Assembly (NCBI GenBank): GCA_032654565.1
Contig: JAULAX010000013.1
Span: 32,001-96,000 of the forward strand
Reading direction: 5' to 3'
Length of the DNA: 64,000 nt
Source: Anaeromyxobacteraceae bacterium
GTDB lineage: Bacteria > Myxococcota > Myxococcia > Myxococcales > Anaeromyxobacteraceae
The notes below the pieces were generated by a model that saw nothing but the letters and a program-made list of their open reading frames with translations, was not told where the DNA came from and searched no databases. Below are positions 16,887 through 25,454 of this stretch, piece after piece (position 1 is the stretch's first letter; the number at the start of each line of letters is the position of its first letter). Both the position numbers and the translations under genes were made by a program.

Positions 16887-19049
16887 CTACGGCAGCGCCC
16901 CGGTGAACGGGATCGCCACCACCCAGGGCTTCTGGGCCAGGGTGCTCCCCACCGTGACCGTCCCACCCCCGGGGCCGGCGGGGCCGGTCACGTAGACGTC
17001 GAAGCCGTTGCTCCGCAGGCTCATCGGCACGGCCGCGCCGGGGTCGAGCGCCCCGTACTGGAAGGGGGCGACCTTGGTATGGAGCGGCGTCCAGTCGGCG
17101 CCGGTGTAGTCGAGCAGCGGTCCGGGTGAGGCCGGTTCGTTGGAGAAGAGCAGGGCCGAGGTCCAGAGCGCGAAGGCCTGCGGGAAGGGGAGGCCGCTGG
17201 CCCGCTCCAGCAACCCCATGCCGGTCCCTTCGCCCTGGTAGAGCGCGGTGATGAAGGGGGTCCCGAGCCGGTCGGCCAGGTACTGGAAGAGGAACTGGAC
17301 GCCGCTGTAGTTGACGCCCTTCCCCTGCCAGGTGGTGAGCGACAGATCGTCGTAGCCCTCGGGGCCGCCGCGGTGAAAGATCTGGTTCCGGTAAATGAAG
17401 ACGAGCGGGGTGTGGAGCCCCTGCCCCACCAGGTCCTCCATCAGCGAGGCCCTCCCCTCGAGCATCCACCCGTCGTACCAGGCCGGCGCCTGCCAGGTGG
17501 CCGCGCGGCTCAAGTCCACGATGTGCTGGAACTCGTGGGGGAGGATGGTGCTGATGGCCTGGAACGCGTCGGCCCTGGAGAGGGGCAGGCCGTCGGCGTC
17601 CCCGAGGGCGGAGGGGTTGGTGATGAAGAAGGTCTCCCCGCCGTTGAAGTCGGCCGCCGTCCCGTCGTTGCAGGGGAGGGTGGTGTTGGCCGGCCCCGAT
17701 CCCTGCACGGTCCAGCCCCCCCAGACCGGTCCGAAGGCGTCGGTGAAGACGACGGTGGTCTTGCCGTTCCCGTCGAGGTCGTGCGGCGGCCCGGCGATGG
17801 CCACCACCCGCCGCTGGGTCTCCTCCCAGTCGGCGATGACGACGTCCCAGTCACCGGCGGTGAGGTCGGAGGCGATCCTGTCGTCGAGGTAGAAGTTGGC
17901 GGTGGTCGACTCCCTGGCCAGGTGGGCGGCCCGGGTCACGGAGCCGGTGAAGTTGCCGTTCACGTCCGCCGCCAGGACGCAGAAGTCCCGGGTGGCCAGC
18001 GGCGCGGCGACCGGTGCCAGGGCGGCGAGCGGCCCGGCGAATGATCCGCCCGCGGCCGAGGGACGGGCCGCAGAGGCACGGGGCGGGAGGCAGCGCACCC
18101 CGGGCGAGGCGGCCGAGGGGCGGGCGGCTGCGGGGCGGGCGGCTGCGGGGCTGGCGGCCGCGGGGCTGGCGGCTGCGGACGGGGGGCTGGCGACGGCGAG
18201 CTTCGCCGCCAGCGGGTAGGGCGCGGTGCCGGTCGCCTGGATGGTGGCCGGGGAGGGGTTGACCCAGGAGATGTTGAGCAGGAGGACCGCCAGCCGCTGA
18301 CCCTCGGCGACGTGGAGGTCGAGGGTGTTGCCGGTGAAGTCGACCGGCGGCCTGAGGCTGATCGGTCCGGTGGCCAGCGGGATGTCCTGCCGCGAACGGC
18401 GCGCCATCGCCGGCGTGAGCGCTCCGGCGGGCGACGAGGCCGGATCCATCGCCCAGGCCTCCAGCTCCACGACCGCCATCCCGGGGGCGGCGCCGGCGAA
18501 GGGCAGGACCAGCTCGGTGGCGCTGGTGGTCGCCGTGGCCAATTCCTGGTTGGCCACGCCGGTGGCGAAGCCGAGCGAGCGGAGCGTGGCCCGGTAGCGC
18601 ACCGCACCGGTGACCGGCGGCCAGCTCACCCGCACCTGGCCGGCCTCGAACACCGCCGTCCCGGCCGGCTGGGGAAGGAGCGCGTCGGGGTCGACCCGGC
18701 AGGTGAAGGCCTGTGGGCCGTGCCCCACGTCGGTCGTGAGCACCCAGGTGAAGTTGCCGTCGACCGAGAAGGCCGTGAGGTCGGGCCGGGGGATCAGGCA
18801 GACCCGCTGGCCCGCGGGGCAGGTGATGTTCCGGGCCACCCCGCCGCCGCTCACGGGGAGGGTCACGGCGGTGGCCGGCACCGGGTCGAGGGTCATGGCC
18901 AGGACCACGCCGATGGCCGCGCCGGCGTTGTAGCCGCCGCAGGTCATGGTGAGATCGTAGACCGGCGGGGGCGGAGGCGGCGCTGGCGTGCTGCCGCCGC
19001 AGCCGACGAGCAGGACCAGGAGGGCGGTTCCGGCGAGGCGTCGCGTCAT
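16887..19049 (-). CDS. Lipoprotein with a C-terminal zinc metallopeptidase domain (M30-like, HExxH)
   Basis: AGGAG RBS, ATG 19049, lipobox LVGC; DLDGNGK, TILPHEFQHIV, WMLEGRA. Confidence 0.75.
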   Translation of the reverse strand: MTRRLAGTALLVLLVGCGGSTPAPPPPPPVYDLTMTCGGYNAGAAIGVVLAMTLDPVPATAVTLPVSGGGVARNITCPAGQRVCLIPRPDLTAFSVDGNFTWVLTTDVGHGPQAFTCRVDPDALLPQPAGTAVFEAGQVRVSWPPVTGAVRYRATLRSLGFATGVANQELATATTSATELVLPFAGAAPGMAVVELEAWAMDPASSPAGALTPAMARRSRQDIPLATGPISLRPPVDFTGNTLDLHVAEGQRLAVLLLNISWVNPSPATIQATGTAPYPLAAKLAVASPPSAAASPAAASPAAARPAAARPSAASPGVRCLPPRASAARPSAAGGSFAGPLAALAPVAAPLATRDFCVLAADVNGNFTGSVTRAAHLARESTTANFYLDDRIASDLTAGDWDVVIADWEETQRRVVAIAGPPHDLDGNGKTTVVFTDAFGPVWGGWTVQGSGPANTTLPCNDGTAADFNGGETFFITNPSALGDADGLPLSRADAFQAISTILPHEFQHIVDLSRAATWQAPAWYDGWMLEGRASLMEDLVGQGLHTPLVFIYRNQIFHRGGPEGYDDLSLTTWQGKGVNYSGVQFLFQYLADRLGTPFITALYQGEGTGMGLLERASGLPFPQAFALWTSALLFSNEPASPGPLLDYTGADWTPLHTKVAPFQYGALDPGAAVPMSLRSNGFDVYVTGPAGPGGGTVTVGSTLAQKPWVVAIPFTGALP
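18117..18176. repeat. 15-bp tandem repeat x4 within the peptidase linker
   Basis: GGGGC(G/T)GGCGGC(T/C)GC x4, encoding AAASP/AAARP. Confidence 0.85.
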
Positions 19050-19433
19050 GGCGTGCTCCTGTCGTCTGGTGAGTCGCTGGGCTGGCTTGGTCAATCTCGG
19101 GGCACCAGGAACGGGCACCCAATTGTACTGACTCGACGGCGGGCGACTTTGTGACCTTCGGTCATGCAGGACCAGTAGGACGCACTGTGCGCGTCCAGAT
19201 GTGGCATGGCAACGGCGAGTTGCCGCACCCTGAGTGTGTCCCCTGATGGGACACGGCGCGGCGCGGCAGGAGACTGGGTCTCGACAGGCGGTGCGGCGAT
19301 GAGGCCTGCAAAGGCGAACGGCCCGGCCCCTGGAGGGGAGTGGTGAAGTGGCCTGACAACTGGGAGCATTCACCGTTGTCTCGACGAGGGGGACACCACG
19401 GCCAGGAAGGGGACCAGCACGAGCCGCCGGAAG

Positions 19434-21758
19434 GTGCGGGTTCCCGCGGAGCGATACGGGGACCTCTTCGACTCATTGCCCCTTGGGGTGGTCTACCAGG
19501 ACGGGCAGGGGCGCATCACCTCGGCCAACCCGGCCGCCCAGCGGATCCTGGGACTCAGCCTGGACCAGCTGCAGGGCCGGACCAGCGTGGACCCGCGCTG
19601 GAGGGCGATCCGCGAGGACGGCTCCGACTTCCCTGGCGAGGAGCATCCCGCCATGGTCGCGCTCCGCTCCGGGGAGGTCCGGAGAGGCGTCCTCGGCGTC
19701 TTCAACCCGGAGTCGCGGCGCACCACCTGGATCAGCGTGAACGCGGTTCCCCAGCTCGATCCGTCGCAGGAGGAGGTCGCCGGGGTCTTCACCACCTTCG
19801 AGGACATCACCGATCGCAAGCTCGCCGAGGCGGACCTGCGGGAGGCGCAGGGCATCCTGCAGGCGGCGATGGACCAGAGCCCGGCAGGAATCGCCGTCGC
19901 GGAGGCGCCGTCGGGCAACCTGCGCTACGTCAACGACGCCGGGCTGCTCATCCGCGGGGGGACACGCGAGTCGGTGGTCAAGGGTGTCGGGATCGACCGC
20001 TACGTCGCCAGCTGGCAGCTCCTGGACCTGGACGGCACGCCGCTGGCGGCCGACGCGGTCCCGCTGGCCCGGGCCATCCGCTACGGGGAGGCCAACAGCC
20101 GCGAGTTCATCATCCGGCGCGCCCCGGACGACGACCGCATCGTGGTGGCCAGGGCCGCGCCCGTCAAAGATGCCGGGGGAAAGGTCACCTCCGCGGTCGT
20201 CGTGTTCCTGGACATCACCGAGTCGAGGAGGGCGGAGCAGGCCGTGACCCACTCCGAGGCCAAGTACCGGGGGCTCTTCGACTCCATGATGGACGGCTTC
20301 GTCCTGGTGGACATGGAGGGCCACATCCTCGAGTCCAACGAGGCGTACCGGAGCATGCTGGGGTACTCCGCCGAGGAGCTGAAGCGGAAGACCTACGTGG
20401 AGCTCACCCCGGAGCCATGGCACGCGTTCGAGGCGCGCCTCATCGCGGAGCAGGTCCTTCCGCGCGACTACTCGGACATCTACGAGAAGGAGTACCGGCG
20501 CAAGGACGGGACCGTCTTCCCGGTCGAGCTCCGGACCTTCCTGCTGAAGGAGGCCGGCGTCCCGGTGGCGATGTGGGCCATCGTCCGCGATGTCACGGCG
20601 ATACGCGCGCTCCAGGTCCAGCTGGTGCAGTCGCAGAAGCTGGAGAGCATCGGCCGGCTGGCTGGCGGGGTGGCCCACGACTTCAACAACATGCTGGGCG
20701 TGATCCTCGGGCACGCCGAGCTGGCCCTGGCCCAGGACGGCGCCGCGCAACCACTGCGTGACGACTTGCAGGAGATCCAGAAGGCGGCCAGGCGGTCCGC
20801 CGACCTGACCAAGCAGTTGCTCGCCTTTGCCCGGAAGCAGACGGTCTCACCGGTCCTCCTGGACCTCAACGCCACCGTGGCAAGCTCGCTCCAGCTGCTC
20901 CGTCGGATGGTGGGCGAGAACGTCGAGCTCCGCTGGAAGCCGGCCGACGAGCCCCTGCCGATCATGATGGACCCCTCGCAGGTCGACCAGCTCCTCACCA
21001 ACCTCTGCGTCAACGCCCGGGACTCGATCAAGGATGTCGGCGCCTTGACCATCGAGGCCGGAATCGTCCGGCTCGACGAGGACTACTGCAGGGCGCACCC
21101 CGAGGCGGCGCCGGGGGACTACGTGCGGCTGGTGGTGAGCGACACCGGCTGCGGCATGGACCGGGAGACGATGTCCCACCTCTTCGAGCCGTTCTTCACC
21201 ACCAAGGCCCGGGGCCAGGGGACGGGGTTGGGGCTCGCCACCATCCATGGCGTCGTGAAGCAGAACGGGGGCTTCATCAACGTCTACAGCGAGCCCGGCG
21301 CGGGGACCGCCTTCAGCATCTACCTTCCCCGCCACCGTGGGCGGGCCACGTCCACGGACCAGGAGGGGACCGCGGCACCGCCCGTGCGCGGGCACGAGAC
21401 CATCCTGCTGGTGGAGGACGAGCCCGCCATCCTGAGGGTGACGAAGCGGATGCTGGAGGGGCAGGGCTACGTCGTGCTCGCGGCCAGCACGCCTGGAGCG
21501 GCCATCCAGCTGGCCAGGGAGCACTCCGGCCGGATCCAGCTCCTCCTGACCGACGTGGTCATGCCGGAGATGAACGGCCGGACCCTGGCGAAGAACCTGC
21601 TCTCGATCAGCCCGGACCTGAAGAGCCTGTTCATGTCGGGCTACACCGCCGACGTCATCGCCCACCAGGGCGTGCTGGCCGAGGGCGTGAACTTCGTGCA
21701 GAAGCCCTTCTCCGCGCTGGACCTGGGGACGGCGGTGCGCAAGGCGCTCGACGGCTAG
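19434..21758 (+). CDS. Cytoplasmic hybrid histidine kinase (3 PAS + HisKA/HATPase + receiver)
   Basis: PAS repeats; GGVAHDFNN H-box; NARD, FEPFFTTK, GTGLGL; receiver LLLTDVVMP...QKPF. Confidence 0.93.
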   Translation: MRVPAERYGDLFDSLPLGVVYQDGQGRITSANPAAQRILGLSLDQLQGRTSVDPRWRAIREDGSDFPGEEHPAMVALRSGEVRRGVLGVFNPESRRTTWISVNAVPQLDPSQEEVAGVFTTFEDITDRKLAEADLREAQGILQAAMDQSPAGIAVAEAPSGNLRYVNDAGLLIRGGTRESVVKGVGIDRYVASWQLLDLDGTPLAADAVPLARAIRYGEANSREFIIRRAPDDDRIVVARAAPVKDAGGKVTSAVVVFLDITESRRAEQAVTHSEAKYRGLFDSMMDGFVLVDMEGHILESNEAYRSMLGYSAEELKRKTYVELTPEPWHAFEARLIAEQVLPRDYSDIYEKEYRRKDGTVFPVELRTFLLKEAGVPVAMWAIVRDVTAIRALQVQLVQSQKLESIGRLAGGVAHDFNNMLGVILGHAELALAQDGAAQPLRDDLQEIQKAARRSADLTKQLLAFARKQTVSPVLLDLNATVASSLQLLRRMVGENVELRWKPADEPLPIMMDPSQVDQLLTNLCVNARDSIKDVGALTIEAGIVRLDEDYCRAHPEAAPGDYVRLVVSDTGCGMDRETMSHLFEPFFTTKARGQGTGLGLATIHGVVKQNGGFINVYSEPGAGTAFSIYLPRHRGRATSTDQEGTAAPPVRGHETILLVEDEPAILRVTKRMLEGQGYVVLAASTPGAAIQLAREHSGRIQLLLTDVVMPEMNGRTLAKNLLSISPDLKSLFMSGYTADVIAHQGVLAEGVNFVQKPFSALDLGTAVRKALDG

Positions 21759-21796
21759 GGCAGGAGTTCCCGACGGCGATCCTCGCCCGGAAGGCG

Positions 21797-21830
21797 AACG
21801 GCCCGGCGAACCGAAGTTCGCCGGGCTGTC
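21797..21830. terminator. Hairpin between the convergent kinase gene and tRNA-Asn
   Basis: GCCCGGCGAAC-CGAA-GTTCGCCGGGC; reads as a cUUCGg loop on the minus strand. Confidence 0.7.
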
Positions 21831-21835
21831 CAGTG

Positions 21836-21911
21836 TGGCTCCCCAGGCATGACTCGAACATGCGACCCGGTGATTAACAGTCACCTGCTCTGCCAACTGA
21901 GCTACTGGGGA
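21836..21911 (-). tRNA. tRNA-Asn (GTT)
   Basis: Reverse complement TCCCCAGTAGCTCAGTTGGCAGAGCAGGTGACTGTTAATCACCGGGTCGCATGTTCGAGTCATGCCTGGGGAGCCA: 76 nt cloverleaf with encoded CCA. Confidence 0.97.
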
Positions 21912-21925
21912 AAGGCAGGGCGGGC

Positions 21926-21954
21926 AAGATAGAGAACCGGGTCGCCGGGGTCAA
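21926..21954 (-). promoter_or_regulatory. Sigma70-like promoter of tRNA-Asn
   Basis: TTGACC-N17-TATCTT on the minus strand. Confidence 0.65.
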
Positions 21955-21995
21955 GGGGGAACGCTCAGGAATCCAAGGCTATACTCGCCCCGCAC

Positions 21996-22829
21996 ATGCA
22001 GACCGAGAGCCCCGCCCGCGCCCGCTTCGAGGCGCTCCTCGCCGAACCGGTCCTCCGGCTCGACGAGGCGGCGCTGGCGCTGGCCGCCGAGGAGTACCCC
22101 GGGCTCGACGTCCGGGCCTGCCTGCGCCAGCTCGACGCCATGGCCGAGCGGGTCAAGGGGCGGGTCGGCGAGTCCGGGCGCATCGCCCACCGGCTGGCCT
22201 CGGTGCGCGAGGTGCTCTTCGAGGACGAGGGGTTCCGCGGCAACGAGAAGGACTACTACGACGCCCGCAACTCCTACCTCAACCAGGTCCTGGAGCGCCG
22301 CCTCGGAATCCCCATCACCCTCTCGCTGCTCTTCATGGAGGTGGGGCGCCGGGCCGGCCTCACCCTGTCCGGCGTCGGCTTCCCCGGCCACTTCCTCACC
22401 AAGCTGGCCCCCGAGCACGGCCCGGAGATCTTCATCGACGCCTACAACGGCGGCGAGCTGCTCACCGCCGACGAGTGCGTGGCCCGCTTCAAGCACCTGG
22501 TGCACGGCCGTGAGTTCGACCCGCGCCTGCTGCAGGCGGTGCCGCCGCGCCAGATCCTCTCGCGGATGCTCCACAACCTGAAGAAGATCTACGTGGAGCA
22601 GGGCGACGACGTGCGCGCCTACTGGGTCATCGACCGGCTGCTGCTGCTCCAGCCCGACGCCATGGACGAGGTGCGCGATCGCGGCCTGGTCGAGGCCCGG
22701 CTGGGGCTGAAGCCGGCCGCGGTCCGCGATCTGGAGGCCTACCTGGTCGCCGTGCCCACCGCCGCCGACGTCGGCGACGTCCGCTCGCTGCTGGAGTCGC
22801 TGCGGGCCCGCCCGGCCCTGCTCAACTGA
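21996..22829 (+). CDS. SirB1/YchA family (transglutaminase-like core + TPR)
   Basis: GFRGNEKDYYDARNSYLNQVLERRLGIPITLS, GVGFPGHF, RMLHNLK, RDRGL. Confidence 0.9.
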   Translation: MQTESPARARFEALLAEPVLRLDEAALALAAEEYPGLDVRACLRQLDAMAERVKGRVGESGRIAHRLASVREVLFEDEGFRGNEKDYYDARNSYLNQVLERRLGIPITLSLLFMEVGRRAGLTLSGVGFPGHFLTKLAPEHGPEIFIDAYNGGELLTADECVARFKHLVHGREFDPRLLQAVPPRQILSRMLHNLKKIYVEQGDDVRAYWVIDRLLLLQPDAMDEVRDRGLVEARLGLKPAAVRDLEAYLVAVPTAADVGDVRSLLESLRARPALLN

Positions 22830-23139
22830 GGTCGGTGGCCAGCAGCCGGGCCACCGGCCGGCCGCCCACCAGGTGCTGCTCGACGATCTCGGCCACGTCC
22901 TCGGGCCGGACGCCCGCGTACCAGGTGCCCTCCGGGTAGACCACCACCACCGGCCCCTGGGCGCAGAGGTCGAGGCAGCCGGCGGCGTTGGCCCGGATCT
23001 CGCCGTCCAGCCCGCGCCGGTTCAGCTCGGCCTTGAAGGCCTTGCGCACCGCCTCGCCGCCGCTGGCGGCGCAGGAGCCGCGGGGCGCGCCCTCGGGGCG
23101 CCGGTTCTCGCAGACGAAGACGTGGTGGCGGAAGCGCAT
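22822..23139 (-). CDS. Thioredoxin-like [2Fe-2S] ferredoxin
   Basis: HVFVCEN...SC...AGCLDLCAQGPVVVVYPEGTWY. Confidence 0.9.
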   Translation of the reverse strand: MRFRHHVFVCENRRPEGAPRGSCAASGGEAVRKAFKAELNRRGLDGEIRANAAGCLDLCAQGPVVVVYPEGTWYAGVRPEDVAEIVEQHLVGGRPVARLLATDLS

Positions 23140-23148
23140 GGCGGGTCC

Positions 23149-24060
23149 TCAGCGGCGGCGGGTGGGGGCGGGTCGGGGGCTGCGGCGCCGGGCGGCGGGG
23201 CGGGACCAGCGCGCCCCGTCGAGCACCTCGAGCACCTGGGTGAACGAGGAGATGGCCAGCGGCCAGCGGGTGGGGGTGGCGTCGGCGACGTGGCGCCGGG
23301 TCACCTCTCCCGCCGAGATCACCTGCAGCCGGTCGCGGTACTCCTTGGAGACGTAGGTGCCGTACTCGGCCCAGACCCCGAGCGCGCCGCAGGCCTCGGC
23401 CACCGGCATGTCCTTCTTGACGTTGTCGCCCACGTAGAGCACCTGCGACCCCTTCAGCCCCAGGTCGGCGAGGATGCGGCGCAGCCCGGCCGGGCTCGGC
23501 TTCTCGTGGTCGGCGGGCAGCTCCACCACCGGCACCCCGGCCCGGTAGTGGCCGGACGCCTCCTTGCGCCGGATCTCCGGGTCGACGTGGTCGGGGAGCG
23601 GGTAGGCGGGGAGGGTGTAGACGGCGTCGAAGAGGGTGTCGAGCTTGAGCGTCCGCAGCCGCCCCTCGGCGGCGTTGCGGGGGGCGTCGGTGAGCGCCAC
23701 CAGCTTCAGCCCGCGCCCCTTGATGGCCTGGAGCGTCTCCTTCACGCCCGGGTAGGGGTGCAGGTAGCGGTCGCGCGCCGCCTTGAAGGCCTTGCGGGCC
23801 GGGTCGATCACCAGGGCGTTGAAGGAGTCGAAGTCGGCCTCGTAGGGCTTGAAGAGCTCCGACTCCTGGATGGCGAAGGGGTACTCGTTCGACTCGTACT
23901 TCGCGTACACCGCCTTGAGCGACTGGACGATGCGGATGCGGGGCAGCCCGGTGGTGGCCACCAGCGAGTCGACCATGGCCTCCAGCGAGGGGACCACGTA
24001 GTCCACCCAGGGGTAGAGGGTGTTGTCGAGGTCGGTGACGATGGCGCGCGGGATGGGCAC
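23149..24060 (-). CDS. HAD family hydrolase
   Basis: GTG 24060; DLDNTLY (motif I), LTD, KPSP, VGDNVKKD. Confidence 0.88.
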   Translation of the reverse strand: MPIPRAIVTDLDNTLYPWVDYVVPSLEAMVDSLVATTGLPRIRIVQSLKAVYAKYESNEYPFAIQESELFKPYEADFDSFNALVIDPARKAFKAARDRYLHPYPGVKETLQAIKGRGLKLVALTDAPRNAAEGRLRTLKLDTLFDAVYTLPAYPLPDHVDPEIRRKEASGHYRAGVPVVELPADHEKPSPAGLRRILADLGLKGSQVLYVGDNVKKDMPVAEACGALGVWAEYGTYVSKEYRDRLQVISAGEVTRRHVADATPTRWPLAISSFTQVLEVLDGARWSRPAARRRSPRPAPTRRR

Positions 24061-24127
24061 GGGGGGATGGTACCCGGGGCGCCCGGGAACGAGAAGCGGC
24101 GCCGCGAGGCTGGTGTAGCATGGCGGC

Positions 24128-25432
24128 GTGCACTTCGACCGCCTCCGCGTGGTGTCCGCCCTCCCGCTCGACGGGGGCTGGCGCGCCGACCTGGCCATCG
24201 ACCGGTCCACCACCCCGCCGCGGGCGGTGCTGGTGGCCCGGGTGCCCCCCTCGGTCTCCGGCGACGCCCTGGCGCTCTCGGTGCTGGCCCGCGGCCTCGA
24301 CCTGGCCTCACGGGTCCAGCACCCCGGGCTGCGCCGGCTGCTCGGCACCGGCGAGGTGGACGGCGACCTGGTGCTGGTCGAGGCCTGGCGCGAGGGGGAG
24401 TCGCTGCGCGGCCTCATCGAGGCCGGCGGCTCGCTGCCCCCGGCGCTGGCGGCGCGGGTCGGCGTCGAGGTGGCCGGCGCGCTCCACGCCTGCCACACCC
24501 TGCCGGCGGCCCTGGGCCGCCCGCTCTGCCACGGCGCGGTCCGCACCGAGCGGATCCTGCTGACCGAGGCCGGCGAGGTGCTGCTCTGCGGTGTGGGGCG
24601 GCCGTTCTCCGAGGACGCCACGCCCGCCGACGACCTGCGGGCGCTGGCGCGGGTGCTGCTGGAGTGCCTGCCGCCGGCCGGCGCCGACGGGCCGGGGCCG
24701 CTGGCGGCGGTGCTCGATCGCGTGCTCGACGGGGAGGGCTACCCGAGCGCGGCCGACTTCGCCCTGGCGCTGGCGGCGGCGGTGACGCCGGGCGACCCGG
24801 CGGCGCTGGCGGCGCGCGTGGAGGGCTCGCAGCCGGAGGGGACGCCGCGGTGGCTGTCGCACCGGCGGGCCCTGGCCCAGGCGCTGCGCGGCGAGGACGG
24901 CGCCTCCGCCGACGAGGTGGGATCCACCAGCGCCCAGGCCGAGGCCGCCCGCACCCTCCTGCTCATCCCGCCACCCCCCGCGCCGGTGCTCCCGGCGCCG
25001 GGCGCGCCGACCCCGGCACCGGCTCCGACCGACCGTCCGGCGCTCACCCCGCCGCCGTTCCCGGTGACCCCGTCGACCGCCCCGACCTCACCGGCCATGG
25101 AGCGGGCGACGCTGGAGTCGCCGGCCGTCGCGCCCGCGGCCGAAGCGCCACCGGCTCCTGATCCGGCGCTGGTCGCGGCCCCGGTCACGCCCCCGGTCGA
25201 ACCCGCCGCCGCGCCGGCCGCGGTCCTGCCTGCGGCCCCGGCCGCTCCGGCCATCGACCAGTTCATCGAGGTGGGCGGCGCCCCGCCTGCTGCGCCCCAA
25301 CCCCCGCCGGCCGCTCCCTCGGTACCCTCGCTGGCGGCCTGGCTCGACCACCCGCGCGCCCCCACCGTCGTGGTGGCCGGGTGCGGCCTGCTCGGCCTGC
25401 TCCTCGGCCTGGCGCTGGGCGGGCGCTCCTAG
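24128..25432 (+). CDS. Ser/Thr kinase-like pseudokinase with a Pro-rich linker and C-terminal TM
   Basis: HPGL, GESLRGL and ALHACH match the kinase fold. The catalytic loop reads HGAVRTERILL and DFG is replaced by CGVG. Confidence 0.7.
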   Translation: MHFDRLRVVSALPLDGGWRADLAIDRSTTPPRAVLVARVPPSVSGDALALSVLARGLDLASRVQHPGLRRLLGTGEVDGDLVLVEAWREGESLRGLIEAGGSLPPALAARVGVEVAGALHACHTLPAALGRPLCHGAVRTERILLTEAGEVLLCGVGRPFSEDATPADDLRALARVLLECLPPAGADGPGPLAAVLDRVLDGEGYPSAADFALALAAAVTPGDPAALAARVEGSQPEGTPRWLSHRRALAQALRGEDGASADEVGSTSAQAEAARTLLLIPPPPAPVLPAPGAPTPAPAPTDRPALTPPPFPVTPSTAPTSPAMERATLESPAVAPAAEAPPAPDPALVAAPVTPPVEPAAAPAAVLPAAPAAPAIDQFIEVGGAPPAAPQPPPAAPSVPSLAAWLDHPRAPTVVVAGCGLLGLLLGLALGGRS

Positions 25433-25454
25433 CCCGCGCCCCGCGGCGCCGCGC

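Noticed and set aside
19150..19166. CRP-binding site TGTGA...TCA
   Set aside because: Spacing is N7 rather than N6, the right half is poor, and the local CRP lacks the canonical recognition residues.
19342..19380. H-type pseudoknot
   Set aside because: The two 3' strands abut with no linker, which is sterically unlikely. Kept only as alternative pairings.
1..21836. Prophage or integrative element at tRNA-Asn
   Set aside because: No integrase, phage or conjugation genes, and no duplicated tRNA 3' end seen in the window.
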